Positions 19,879 through 30,015 of a DNA stretch of 64,000 bases are shown here, piece by piece. The notes beneath the pieces were generated by a model. It saw only the letters and a list, made by a program, of their open reading frames with translations. It searched no databases and was not told the DNA's origin. The DNA is taken from positions 83,791-147,790 of the forward strand of contig JBMFWF010000001.1 of NCBI GenBank assembly GCA_049965555.1, in the 5' to 3' direction. Positions within the stretch are counted from its first letter, which is position 1. Every line of letters begins with the position of its first letter. Source of the DNA: Candidatus Parvarchaeum sp. (GTDB lineage Archaea > Nanobdellota > Nanobdellia > Parvarchaeales > Parvarchaeaceae). The position numbers and the translations under genes are program-made.

Positions 19879-20982
19879 TTAATCTAGGAAATTTTTATCC
19901 TTTAATTTTTCAGGCAGATAAGTCTCTGTCATAAATGATAGACCTTTTGCAGTAAATGCATCCAACTCAACTTTAGCGCCTAGCTTCTCCATCTTATCAA
20001 GTTCTTCCATCCATTTTTTGTTGTTTTTGAACCAATCATAATTTTTGATCTGCTTTATCCTGGCCATGTCAACATCTTTAAATTTGATAAGATGCCTTCT
20101 CAATCCATACTTGTCTATGTCTTCCATTGTCAATCCCATGAACTTTGCTTCAGGCAAGGAAAGCTTGTCTGAGACATGCGCTAAGGCAATTGAACCGAAT
20201 TTAATGGCAGAATAAATGTAAACTCCCCATATATCTCCATCTGTTAAAACATAAACCGGTAAATTGTGCTCCCTGCTAAGCCTTTGAAGCAGCCTTCTTA
20301 TCCCTCTTGTTGCCTGCCCCTGGCTTGCTATTATGATACAATGCAGCTTTTTCCAAGCTTTATCTTCATTAAGCCTGTCCCATATAGTCGCTTTCTCCAT
20401 GTAAATTACAAATTTAGCATCAACCTTCTTGAATATGAGGTCTTCTACATTGCTTGGGACGGCCCATCCGCCGCTTCCCATTTTGGACCAGTCTATTACA
20501 TCTCCTCTGTCCTCTATTATCACTTCTCCTGCGACTGCCCCATTTTTGTTTGCATTTATGTTCAACTGCTCTCTCGTTAAATCCGTTATCAGTTCCAAGT
20601 CTTCTATTGCCTTGTTTGTCTCTGTCTGGTCATCAACTACATCTATCTTAGTTCCAGGTATAGTTCTTCTTACTTGGTAAAAGGCTGACCTTAAGCTTGT
20701 GTGCTTGTCGCTTTTTATGAGTTCTCTGCTTACAGCCGCCATTGCCATAGTCTGTATGAATTTCCTGACATGCCCGACATTCAAAAAGTACCTTCTTGAT
20801 AAACCGCTGCCAAGTGTTATCATCCTGTTCTCTTCATCGTATTTTACATTGGAAAGGCCTCTTACTGGCAAAGTCAAGTAAGGATTCTCTCCCTTCTCTA
20901 TCTGTTGATAAACGTCTTTTCCGAGCTTCTCAAGTATGCTTAACCGCTTTTTCCGTGATTCCTCAATTTCCTTATTGTCCAT
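19879..20982 (-). CDS. top6A: DNA topoisomerase VI subunit A (Spo11 homologue)
   Basis: 367 aa; 5Y-CAP and Toprim regions; adjacent downstream of top6B. Confidence 0.9.
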   Translation of the reverse strand: MDNKEIEESRKKRLSILEKLGKDVYQQIEKGENPYLTLPVRGLSNVKYDEENRMITLGSGLSRRYFLNVGHVRKFIQTMAMAAVSRELIKSDKHTSLRSAFYQVRRTIPGTKIDVVDDQTETNKAIEDLELITDLTREQLNINANKNGAVAGEVIIEDRGDVIDWSKMGSGGWAVPSNVEDLIFKKVDAKFVIYMEKATIWDRLNEDKAWKKLHCIIIASQGQATRGIRRLLQRLSREHNLPVYVLTDGDIWGVYIYSAIKFGSIALAHVSDKLSLPEAKFMGLTMEDIDKYGLRRHLIKFKDVDMARIKQIKNYDWFKNNKKWMEELDKMEKLGAKVELDAFTAKGLSFMTETYLPEKLKDKNFLD

Positions 20983-20986
20983 AGCT

Positions 20987-22852
20987 TTATTCCTCCTCTC
21001 CTGAAGACGTATCAGATTCTATCTTGCTTGATATGACGTCTCCCTTGCTAAGGCTTTCCTCCACGTTTGCCTTGACCTCTTCCTTCTTCTTTTCAAGAAG
21101 GCCTTCTATCTTTGCCTTTATTTTTTTCTCCTCTATGTCTGTCAACTTTGAAAGTGAGTATGCGAGCTCTACACCATACTTGTCGAACAGACTTATCCTC
21201 TCCTGGAACAAACTACTTTTGTGCTTTCTATTTAGAAATACCGAAAGATTCCTGACAAGCTCCTGCAGTGCCAGTTTTATTTCTTTTATTATAATCGGAT
21301 AGCTGGCGACCGAATTCTTGCTTTCATTTGTGTATGGAACCCAGACAGACGCTATGTGAATTATGAAGACCAGAGGACCGATCGGCACCTTGCTTTCTAC
21401 CTTCAAGCCATAACGAGCATAGTCTACTCCCAAAAAGCTTTGAGTCAATGCGCATGAAGAAGAATCAAACAACAAAGGTATCTTGTTGGCGAACCTCATC
21501 AGAATTGCTTTATCATTTTGTATTTTCCCGCCATATGCTGCAGCAACCTCTATCTGGAAAGGCATTCCCCTATAAACCTCCGGTTTTCTTGTGACTGATT
21601 TGACAAACTCCGGTGAATATTCTTTTTTCAGGCTTTTTTCGAGTTCTTCTCCGCCTATTGGAGACAAGCAGTCTGTCTGCGGCCTCATCAAGTCTAGAGA
21701 CTGAAGGGCTTTCAGTATTGAGTTTGCCTGGGTCCTATCAATATCCTGCGGTTTTGCTTTAGGATCTATCCCTGCGCTTTTTAATGTCTGTTCTGCAACT
21801 GCCCTGCTTACCCTGGAAAGTTCGTTCTCCAAAACCGATGCAACGGTTCTTTCTGTTGAATTCTTAAGGATCCTCATGAATATGCCTATTTCCAGTCCTT
21901 CTGGATGCGGCTTTATCGACAAAGGCTCTTTTGGAAGAGTATCTATTACCCTCTTATAGGTTATCTTTTCGCCATTTGGGTTTGTGTATATCAATGTCGC
22001 ATGTGGATTGACTAAAGCAGTCCTTCTAACATATTCATCCAACCCCTTATTTCCACTTATATAAAGGCCTTCTATCTCTAATTCTATGCTTGTGCCTGAC
22101 TCATAAGGATAATCTTCATCGCTCTCTTCCAAAACCTCTGGTTCATTTTTGAGAATGTTAATCTGAACTTTCATCATCTTTGCCTTCTTTGAGCTTTTTA
22201 TCTTTGATATTATCTTTGCCGGCTTGCCGGTAGTAAGCTGAGAATAAAGAACAGCGGAGTGTATGCCTATACCCTGCTGGCCTCTGCTTTGCCTCATGGA
22301 CTGGAACTTGCTTCCATAAAGCATCCTGCCGAATATATCAGGTATCTTTGAAGAAAGGATTCCTGGCCCGTTGTCCATTATCTTTATGAGGAAGATAGGG
22401 GCATTCTTCTTTAGTCTTAGTTGCTTTCCATTCATGAGCACCAAAAGCTTACCATTGTTTTCTGATATGTCGAAAGTTATGTCATCAAATGAAATGCTTA
22501 GCTTGCCGGCCCTTATCTGCTTTGATTCGCTTTTCCCCTTGTAAAGAACTGTAAATTCATTTTTCCTAACTATTAATTGCCCTACGTTCTGCTTTTCATC
22601 GAGCATCTGGTAATTGTCGCTCAATGCCTTAACGTCTATCGTTATCTCTGGCAGGGTCACCTTTTCCTTGTTCTTTTCCTGCATGTGACCAAGTTCTTCG
22701 CAGGCGTCTAATGAGTTGTCAACTGCTTCCTTTACACAAGTAAGCAATGCTTTTTGCTTATTGTCAAAACCAAGAAGATGCCTGTTTTTCTCGAAGAATT
22801 CTGTAACGCTAATTGCCCTTTGTCCCTTTGCAAGTTCTTCAGCGATTTCCAT
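20987..22852 (-). CDS. top6B: DNA topoisomerase VI subunit B (GHKL ATPase)
   Basis: 621 aa; Bergerat-fold motifs (EAVDNSLDA, GxxGxG region DNGPGI), transducer domain. Confidence 0.9.
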   Translation of the reverse strand: MEIAEELAKGQRAISVTEFFEKNRHLLGFDNKQKALLTCVKEAVDNSLDACEELGHMQEKNKEKVTLPEITIDVKALSDNYQMLDEKQNVGQLIVRKNEFTVLYKGKSESKQIRAGKLSISFDDITFDISENNGKLLVLMNGKQLRLKKNAPIFLIKIMDNGPGILSSKIPDIFGRMLYGSKFQSMRQSRGQQGIGIHSAVLYSQLTTGKPAKIISKIKSSKKAKMMKVQINILKNEPEVLEESDEDYPYESGTSIELEIEGLYISGNKGLDEYVRRTALVNPHATLIYTNPNGEKITYKRVIDTLPKEPLSIKPHPEGLEIGIFMRILKNSTERTVASVLENELSRVSRAVAEQTLKSAGIDPKAKPQDIDRTQANSILKALQSLDLMRPQTDCLSPIGGEELEKSLKKEYSPEFVKSVTRKPEVYRGMPFQIEVAAAYGGKIQNDKAILMRFANKIPLLFDSSSCALTQSFLGVDYARYGLKVESKVPIGPLVFIIHIASVWVPYTNESKNSVASYPIIIKEIKLALQELVRNLSVFLNRKHKSSLFQERISLFDKYGVELAYSLSKLTDIEEKKIKAKIEGLLEKKKEEVKANVEESLSKGDVISSKIESDTSSGEEE

Positions 22853-23354
22853 TAAGATACACCTCTACTTTCTTTTTGTTTATCATCGAAAACACATTAT
22901 CATGTTTTGCGCCATTTAAAATCATTTCTATTGCAGACTGTGCAATAGATATATTCTGTATCTGTCCGATAATACTTATAGTTTTCCCATAAACATTTAT
23001 ATAACAAGAGGTTTCCTTCATTAGCCTTTGTTTTATAATTCCCCTTGTGCCTATTACCCTTCCTTTTAGCTGCATCGCCCTCTTATCGGAATTGCTGTAA
23101 TCCCTTAGGCTTATCACTACAAGATCATAGTCGTCATCCAATAACAAAGCTGCAATTGCAGCATCAAATCCCCTATTAAAAGCGTTTACTACGTTCTTTG
23201 CAGACAAAACTTCCAAAGCACTCTTTCCGCTTACATAAGCAGTATTGCCATCTACTTCAAAAGTAACTCCGTGCTGCTTAATCTTTTCAAGCAGTTTTTT
23301 CTGCCTTACTATCTCTTTCGCCTTCCTCCCATTCATCAATATCTCGTCTTCCAT
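22839..23354 (-). CDS. KH-domain RNA-binding protein (aDim2/Pno1-like)
   Basis: 171 aa; two KH-like segments with GxxG loops (VIGTRGIIKQRL); sits in the operon between elp3 and top6B. Confidence 0.45.
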   Translation of the reverse strand: MEDEILMNGRKAKEIVRQKKLLEKIKQHGVTFEVDGNTAYVSGKSALEVLSAKNVVNAFNRGFDAAIAALLLDDDYDLVVISLRDYSNSDKRAMQLKGRVIGTRGIIKQRLMKETSCYINVYGKTISIIGQIQNISIAQSAIEMILNGAKHDNVFSMINKKKVEVYLNGNR

Positions 23355-24932
23355 CTAAAGCTCCTTTGACATATACCACTTATATCTTTTATACCCCAAA
23401 CTTCTGTAATACTCTCGCACTCCCACACCTGATATAACATTTATCTTATTTATTGAATACTCTTCTTTAGTTATTCTTTCTGCTTCGTACAACAGCTCTT
23501 TGCCGAAGCCCCTGTGCTGGAACGCCTTATCATTGCTTTCATTTATATTTAAATGTTCGCCGTAAACATGTAATTCCCTAACAAAAGATTGATTTGAATT
23601 ATCAGGTATTCTTAACCTTAGGAATGCAATTATGGCATCGTTATTTATGTCGTCTATGCTTAGAAAAACCTCATCTCCGTTTGCAGATCTGTAGTTTTCT
23701 CTGTTTAATTCTATCTTCATTGGCTTAGAAAGCTTTACGTGTCCAATCTCCCTGCTCCTTATATCGTTCGCCTTTTTCCCCATCTCTGCTATTTTCATAT
23801 CAATAAGCTGCCTAAGATTTGTTACTTTTATGCCGTTTTCTATGAATGTCGAGGGGATATCCCTCTCAATCCTCATTATCCTGAGCCATTTAGGAGCATT
23901 TATCTCAGCTTCTGCTATTAGATCAACAACATGCTCAATTGGATAAGGTTTGTAATTACCCCTCTTCCACATCTCATACAAGCCGGTTCCACGTATGACT
24001 AATGTAGGGTATATCTTTATTGCGTCAGGTTTGAAGTCTTCATTGTCGTATATCTGCTTTATTGTTTCTTTGTCTTTTTCTTCGTCTGAAAATGGGAGAT
24101 TAAGCATTATGTGATAATCTACTTTGTATCCATAATTTTTTAACCTTTTGCTTGCATCAATTACATCTGCTATAGTATGTCCACGATTGTTCTTAAGCAA
24201 TACACCGTCAAAAACACTTTGAACTCCCATCTCAACCCTTGTTATGCCGAAATCCAGCATCCTTTCTATATCCTCATTTGAGCACCTTTCAGGCTTTGTC
24301 TCTGCAGCAAATGCAACACACCTTATCTTTGCGGTTTCATTAAACTTTTTCTGCTCCTCAAGCTGACCATCAACCTTTTCACCATAGAACTCGTTCATTG
24401 CCTTATAAACATTTTTAACATAATCATTTACATACTCCTTTGGCAAAGTTGTAAATGTTCCGCCTATTACTATGACTTCTATTTTCTGCGGGTTGTAACC
24501 CATAAAAAGGTAATGCTTCAGCCTTGCAGTTACCTGTTTGTATGGATCATAATTGTTCATCAATGCTCTCCTAGCCGCAGGCTCAAATCCTGTATAGCTC
24601 TGTGGCGTGTTGAATTTTGTGCCGCCTGGACAGAATATGCAGGTACCGTGCGGGCAATCGTATGGCTTTGTCATTATTGCAACAACATTCACTCCAGAAA
24701 GTACCCTTACAGGCTTTGAAACCATAATGTTTGCGTATCTTTCCCGTTCTTGTTGTGAAAAATAATTCAGTATCTCACCGTTCTTTGGTATATTGCTTAT
24801 ACCAATCTCTCTGCAGACCTCTCTCTTTAAAATAAGAAGCTCTTTTTTGTTCTTTATACTGCCTTTTTCTAGCTCTTTTTTGAATAGAGGCATAAAATTC
24901 ATTAGATTTTCTTTTTTATTGTAATAATCCAT
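23355..24932 (-). CDS. elp3: tRNA uridine(34) acetyltransferase Elp3 homologue (radical SAM + GNAT)
   Basis: 525 aa; radical-SAM Cys cluster (CPHGTCIFCPGG) and C-terminal GNAT motif (FQHRGFGKELLYEAE). Confidence 0.85.
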   Translation of the reverse strand: MDYYNKKENLMNFMPLFKKELEKGSIKNKKELLILKREVCREIGISNIPKNGEILNYFSQQERERYANIMVSKPVRVLSGVNVVAIMTKPYDCPHGTCIFCPGGTKFNTPQSYTGFEPAARRALMNNYDPYKQVTARLKHYLFMGYNPQKIEVIVIGGTFTTLPKEYVNDYVKNVYKAMNEFYGEKVDGQLEEQKKFNETAKIRCVAFAAETKPERCSNEDIERMLDFGITRVEMGVQSVFDGVLLKNNRGHTIADVIDASKRLKNYGYKVDYHIMLNLPFSDEEKDKETIKQIYDNEDFKPDAIKIYPTLVIRGTGLYEMWKRGNYKPYPIEHVVDLIAEAEINAPKWLRIMRIERDIPSTFIENGIKVTNLRQLIDMKIAEMGKKANDIRSREIGHVKLSKPMKIELNRENYRSANGDEVFLSIDDINNDAIIAFLRLRIPDNSNQSFVRELHVYGEHLNINESNDKAFQHRGFGKELLYEAERITKEEYSINKINVISGVGVREYYRSLGYKRYKWYMSKEL

Positions 24933-24972
24933 ATGATTTATAATTTATAAAAGCTGGATATATAAATTATAT

Positions 24973-27900
24973 ATGAACAATAAAGCGCAGATGATAACTA
25001 TATTCTTTTCCCTGTTTCTCATACTTGCAATTATAACAATCTTAGGGATAGAATCTGCAAACCTTAATACTAATGAAAATATAAATTCACTTATACAAGC
25101 TTATAATTTACCTAAACTTGAGTACTATAATTTTCTGAATGTAATATCAAAGATATCAACCATAAACCCTTCAAATGCTACAAATGCAATTTTCAATTCA
25201 ACAATAGAGGGGATATACAGCAAACTTTTTCAGAATCTTAATATAACAAACCAAGGAGTAAATACAAGCAGTGTAGTTATAAGCAACTTCGGGCAAAGCA
25301 TACCTCTATTGATAACAAACTATCAAAATATAGCTACACCCAATCCTTTCCAACAGATGATAAACATCTCAGTTTCTTCAATTGACAATTACATTAACAC
25401 TACCTCTTTCGGTCAAAATGTGGAGTTTGTATACAATAATAATAGCATCATACCTTCTTGGCTAGAATCTTACAATTCAAAGTATGCAATTTGGTGGGTG
25501 AAGATACCCTCTATACCTGCAAAGGGAACGCTTACAATATACATGAAATTTGCAAGTAAGAAAACAAATCTGTTAAACAATAAAACTACAGGTGAAGCTC
25601 CTCAGCTCTCTCCAATATATGGTGAGTATGATGACGGTGCTAATGTATTTTTATCATACGGGGACTTTTTAGGTACAGCTGGGTTCGATGGCTGGACTCC
25701 TTATGTAACTTCTGGCAAATTTACTCCAGTTGCTACTTCAAATGGAATAGAAATGACAAATGACACAGTGTCAGAAGGAACACATATCCTGCCCCCTAAC
25801 TCTTTGCCGGAAGAGCCAGTAATAGTCGAGTATTCATGGAACTTTTATGGAGGGACTAGTCCTACAGACGGAGAGATACTATCTTTGTTTGGAAATTTAA
25901 ATTCTTTAGTAGGGCCGCCGGTTGTTACGTGCGGTGGTGGAAATATTGCATCATCAGATTCAGTTATGTTAATGGTTGAACCAATTGGAATGAATTGTAG
26001 CGGCAAGTATATCCCAGCTATACTTGATAGCAAGAATAATGCGATAATATCTACGATAAATAATTTGCCTTCAACAACTCCGCAAGTTTATACAGAAGAA
26101 TTGATAATAAGCAGCAGTACAACTGCAGAAGCAGGGGTAATAAATCAATCTTCCTCTTTAAGTAATTTCTCTCAAGTGAATGTTCCCATTACAATGAGCG
26201 GTTCTATTCCATATGCATTTAATTTTCCTACTTTAATGGTTGCAGCCGGCACCGGTGGCGGTTATGATTATAATTATGTTAAATGGGTAATGGCAAGAGC
26301 TTACCCACCAAACGGAGTTATGCCAACCGTGCAGATACTAAATGTTCCTCCAAACATAGGGTATATAGCACCATTGACTATAACTAATCATCAGAATACT
26401 GCAACTCCAAACCCCTTCCAGCAAGAGGTTGTAATAAATGCTAGTAGGTACTCTGCTATAGAGGCACCAAACCTAGATAATATAGAATTTTTCTATCCTA
26501 ACGGAACAATAATACCCTCTTGGTTAGAAAATGGTAGTAGATCATCAGAAAATGCGGTTTATTGGCTTAAGATTGGAAGTATACCTGCAAATTCATCGAT
26601 AAATGCATTTATCGGTTTTGCCTCGACTAACTTAAATCTTTTCAATGGAAAAACTGTGGGAGAAGCCCCTCAGCTCTCTCCAACATACGGAGAGTATGAC
26701 GACGGAGCAAACGTGTTTATTCATTATGGTGGAGGGGGTAATACAGGGTGGAGTCAATTTACCTATGTGGGCGGAACTTGGACAACAGCGAATGGTTACT
26801 TGCAACAAACCGCAACAGGCGGTAGTTATAGTGGAGGGCCAACGGCATTAATCGAAAGTGCTTCTTATTCAAATACCGGGCAATATATTTTAGGGATGGC
26901 TTTCAATTATACAACTGAAGCAGACGCAAGAGTCGGAATTATTGCAGTAGCAACACCAACAACAACCCCAGATACTTTTGGTTATAGATTTATAGGACAA
27001 CAAGGTAGTAATGGGGCCGGATTTTTGTCATTTTTAAATGACGAGGTTGCGTGGGTTGTAGATAATACCTATCAAGGCGCGGTTTCAACCCCTTACACTA
27101 TGGTTATAACTGATAATGCAGGAACTTGGAGTGGAAATCTTTATTCAGGGTATGAAGAAAGCAGTTCTCCATTAACTTCTTTATCGCCAACTTCATATAC
27201 TACAGCAAATGCCGAAGGCGCAACAAGTGGATATGTTGGCATATCTGCAGCATATTGTGGAAGCACATGCACGACGGCAAACCCTATAAATGTTATGTGG
27301 TTTTATATGCGTGCCTACCCGCCAAACGGAGTTATGCCATCTACAAGCATAGGAGATATACAAAACATATATCCATTTGAATACCAGTATTCTGTGGCCA
27401 ACTTCACAAACTCCACAAGTATATCAGTTCCAGGTACTGCCAGCACAGGAAAAATATGGAACGGAGGTCACGCATATACATTGACAATGTGGGTCAAAAT
27501 GCAGCATGCATACGGAAGATGTGGTTATCCTTGTAGTGATCTATTTCAAACTAATCAGGGCTGTACTTCTGGATTAGAGCAGGATCCATACAATGCAACC
27601 GGGTATCAAGTAAATCTTTTGGAGTGGAATTCAAGCTGCGGAACCGGAGCAACAGCAGAAGGTTCTCCTTATCAGTATGTTCCTTATGGAAAATGGGAAC
27701 TTATAACAGGGATATTCAAGTATAACTCCCAAGGAAATGCATGGATAGCGTCATGTGTTGATACCCACTGTACAAACAGTACTTGGACATTAACCGAGCC
27801 AGCGGTTTATTCTACCCCTGCAACAATTCTTGGATCACAACAAATTAATGGAAAGGTAGCTGATGTACAGATGTACGATAGTACACTGACTTTAAATCAA

Positions 27901-28050
27901 GTTAATCAACTGTATAAAGAGTTCATAGGTGCTGAACCTGTATCTAATTCAACCCTTGTGGCGTGGATACCTTTGGATGGAAACGCATATGATGACAGCG
28001 GGAATGGAAATACAGCTTCTCTGTCTTCTGTAAACTTTTTGTATCCCTAA
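24973..28050 (+). CDS. large secreted/surface glycoprotein with two DUF2341-like repeats and a C-terminal LamG/concanavalin-like domain
   Basis: 1025 aa; N-terminal signal/anchor helix. The ~110-aa unit SIPLLITNYQNIATPNPFQQ...SWLE...YAIWWVKIPSIPA...GEAPQLSP(I/T)YGEYDDGANVF is present twice. The motif YPPNGVMP(T/S) is also present twice. The C-terminal GKVADVQMYDSTLTLNQVNQLY is LamG-like. There are dozens of N-x-S/T sequons. Confidence 0.5.
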   Translation: MNNKAQMITIFFSLFLILAIITILGIESANLNTNENINSLIQAYNLPKLEYYNFLNVISKISTINPSNATNAIFNSTIEGIYSKLFQNLNITNQGVNTSSVVISNFGQSIPLLITNYQNIATPNPFQQMINISVSSIDNYINTTSFGQNVEFVYNNNSIIPSWLESYNSKYAIWWVKIPSIPAKGTLTIYMKFASKKTNLLNNKTTGEAPQLSPIYGEYDDGANVFLSYGDFLGTAGFDGWTPYVTSGKFTPVATSNGIEMTNDTVSEGTHILPPNSLPEEPVIVEYSWNFYGGTSPTDGEILSLFGNLNSLVGPPVVTCGGGNIASSDSVMLMVEPIGMNCSGKYIPAILDSKNNAIISTINNLPSTTPQVYTEELIISSSTTAEAGVINQSSSLSNFSQVNVPITMSGSIPYAFNFPTLMVAAGTGGGYDYNYVKWVMARAYPPNGVMPTVQILNVPPNIGYIAPLTITNHQNTATPNPFQQEVVINASRYSAIEAPNLDNIEFFYPNGTIIPSWLENGSRSSENAVYWLKIGSIPANSSINAFIGFASTNLNLFNGKTVGEAPQLSPTYGEYDDGANVFIHYGGGGNTGWSQFTYVGGTWTTANGYLQQTATGGSYSGGPTALIESASYSNTGQYILGMAFNYTTEADARVGIIAVATPTTTPDTFGYRFIGQQGSNGAGFLSFLNDEVAWVVDNTYQGAVSTPYTMVITDNAGTWSGNLYSGYEESSSPLTSLSPTSYTTANAEGATSGYVGISAAYCGSTCTTANPINVMWFYMRAYPPNGVMPSTSIGDIQNIYPFEYQYSVANFTNSTSISVPGTASTGKIWNGGHAYTLTMWVKMQHAYGRCGYPCSDLFQTNQGCTSGLEQDPYNATGYQVNLLEWNSSCGTGATAEGSPYQYVPYGKWELITGIFKYNSQGNAWIASCVDTHCTNSTWTLTEPAVYSTPATILGSQQINGKVADVQMYDSTLTLNQVNQLYKEFIGAEPVSNSTLVAWIPLDGNAYDDSGNGNTASLSSVNFLYP

Positions 28051-29171
28051 TCGTTTAAGATAAAACTTGCAGTCTTTTCTCTGTTAAAAGGGATTAAGTC
28101 ATCGTAACCCTGGCCGGTTCCTAAAAACAATATCGGTTTTTTGGTAACATAAGATATTGAAAGGACAGCTCCTCCTTTTTTGTCCACGTCTGCCTTTGAA
28201 AGAATGTTTGCATCTATCCCTATTTCTTTGTTAAATACTTCAGCCTGCTTGACTACATCATTCCCTGTCAAGGCATCACCGACAAAGATTGTAAGATCTG
28301 GTTTGCTAACTCTTTTTACCTTCTTTAATTCTTCGATTAGATTTTTGTTTATATCGCTCCTTCCTGCAGTGTCAATCAATACAACGTCTTCTTTCGCTGA
28401 ATTTGCGTGTTTTATTGCATCAAATGCAACCGCTGCCGGATCAGCACCGTATGTATGCTTTATTATTGGAACGTTTAACCTATTTGCATGTATCTCCAAT
28501 TGCTCTATTGAAGCGGCACGGAATGTGTCCCCTGCGGCTATTACCGGCTTCAACCTATTTGAAAGAAAGAATTTGCATAGCTTTGCTATTGTAGTGGTCT
28601 TTCCTGCCCCATTTACCCCTATTACTAGAATTATAAAAGGTTTCTTGTTTCTTATGTCCGATAAGAACTTTTCCTTATCATATGCAATTAAAACGCCTTC
28701 TATGCTTTCCTTTATTGCATCTGAGATGTATTTTTTGTTTCCAAAAACAGAAATATTCTCACCGACCAGCTTGGCCTTTAACTCTTTTTCTATGCCTTCA
28801 AGAACTGACAATGCAACGTTGTTTTCCAGGAGAGCTGATTTTATCTCAGAGTAAATCATTTCAACGTCTTCATCTGTTATATAATGCGATAGAATAGATC
28901 TCTTTTTTACAGGCTTTTTTTGATCGATTTCTGTTTCTTTCTTTTCTTCGTGCTTAAGCTCTAAAACTTCTTTTTTTATCTCCTGGATTTCTTCCTTTAT
29001 TTCTTTTTTATCCTCAGGTAATATCTCTTTCTTAAGTTCGGATTTATCCTGTTGCAATATCTTTTCTTCCTTTTTCTCCTCCTCTAAGATATCCTTTTCC
29101 TCTTCTTTTGAAAGTTTTTTCTGTATTGAACTTATAGAATCTTTTATTTTTTTCTTTATTAAGTCAAACAT
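28047..29171 (-). CDS. ftsY: signal recognition particle receptor FtsY
   Basis: 374 aa; NG domain motifs GVNGAGKTTT, DTAGR, and charged N-terminal region. Confidence 0.9.
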   Translation of the reverse strand: MFDLIKKKIKDSISSIQKKLSKEEEKDILEEEKKEEKILQQDKSELKKEILPEDKKEIKEEIQEIKKEVLELKHEEKKETEIDQKKPVKKRSILSHYITDEDVEMIYSEIKSALLENNVALSVLEGIEKELKAKLVGENISVFGNKKYISDAIKESIEGVLIAYDKEKFLSDIRNKKPFIILVIGVNGAGKTTTIAKLCKFFLSNRLKPVIAAGDTFRAASIEQLEIHANRLNVPIIKHTYGADPAAVAFDAIKHANSAKEDVVLIDTAGRSDINKNLIEELKKVKRVSKPDLTIFVGDALTGNDVVKQAEVFNKEIGIDANILSKADVDKKGGAVLSISYVTKKPILFLGTGQGYDDLIPFNREKTASFILND

Positions 29172-29178
29172 ATTTCTA

Positions 29179-29601
29179 TTATCTTAATGAATTTTGGTAG
29201 CTTTCATAAAGCTTATTTGCTTCTTCTTCTAGCTTTGTCCCTCTCTCCTGTAAAACCTGTATTGTCTGGGCTATCGAAGAGATATTTCCACTTACTTCTT
29301 TAAAATCGCTTTCTAGCTTTGACTTTAATTCTTTGAATGAAAAAGACTTAAAGATGTTGCTTCCTATGCTGATTATTGCACTATCAAGCTTATTGATGCT
29401 GCCTTTTATAAAAATGTCCTGTGCATAAGGTATCAAAACATCGCTGTTTTCTTTTAAGGAATTCAAACCATCCAAGGCCCTTGCAATATTGTCTTGCGTC
29501 GCCTGGAGATTATTGAGAACATTTATGTAATTTTCAAGCTCTCTTCTTATATACTCTATTTCCATCAGCTGATTGCTCAGCTTTTCCTCATCAATTTCCA
29601 T
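29179..29601 (-). CDS. pfdA: prefoldin alpha subunit
   Basis: 140 aa coiled-coil-hairpin-coiled-coil; conserved position upstream of ftsY in archaea. Confidence 0.75.
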   Translation of the reverse strand: MEIDEEKLSNQLMEIEYIRRELENYINVLNNLQATQDNIARALDGLNSLKENSDVLIPYAQDIFIKGSINKLDSAIISIGSNIFKSFSFKELKSKLESDFKEVSGNISSIAQTIQVLQERGTKLEEEANKLYESYQNSLR

Positions 29602-29865
29602 TTACTGGCCCTGCTTTACAAGATTCACTGTGACTATCTTTTTATCGTCTTTTGAGCAGATTACTCTTATCTTTGTTCTAGGGTCTTTCATCCCTCTGCT
29701 AAATATTTCATTGTTTACGTCTTGACTTATTTTAACATCATCTGCCTTCATGTGCCTTTTTATGAAGGCCCTCAAGTACTTTGCAGCAGCCGCGGCCCTT
29801 TTGTAAGGAGGTACCTTCTCTATGCCTCTGCGCATATTTACCATCAATATTTTTTGCTCTGCCAT
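29602..29865 (-). CDS. rpl31e: ribosomal protein L31e (eL31)
   Basis: Matches eL31 (MVNMRRGIEKVPPYKRAAAAAKYLRAFIKRHM...IRV). The ATG at 29865 is taken as the start: the track's 29877 start is a TTG, and this ATG lies 2 nt after the L39e stop. Confidence 0.8.
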   Translation of the reverse strand: MAEQKILMVNMRRGIEKVPPYKRAAAAAKYLRAFIKRHMKADDVKISQDVNNEIFSRGMKDPRTKIRVICSKDDKKIVTVNLVKQGQ

Positions 29866-29866
29866 T

Positions 29867-30013
29867 TTATCTACCAACGTTCTTATTCATTCTTGACCTG
29901 TCCATTTTTCTTGTCCCGTATTTCCTTATCTGCGCAAATACAGGTGGGCGACTCGTCTTCCTAGCATGTCTTATCAATGCTCTTTTTTTGTTTGCCGATT
30001 TATTCCTTGACAT
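29867..30013 (-). CDS. rpl39e: ribosomal protein L39e (eL39)
   Basis: 48-aa basic ORF not in the track (<60 aa): MSRNKSANKKRALIRHARKTSRPPVFAQIRKYGTRKMDRSRMNKNVGR; sits exactly in the conserved slot between the PDCD5-like gene and rpl31e. Confidence 0.55.
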   Translation of the reverse strand: MSRNKSANKKRALIRHARKTSRPPVFAQIRKYGTRKMDRSRMNKNVGR

Positions 30014-30015
30014 AT

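Noticed and set aside
24973-28050. Possibility of a diversity-generating retroelement or CRISPR-like repeat behind the intragenic repeats
   Set aside because: The repeats are in-frame protein-module duplications (~75% identity). No reverse transcriptase, template repeat or regularly spaced direct repeats occur anywhere in the window.
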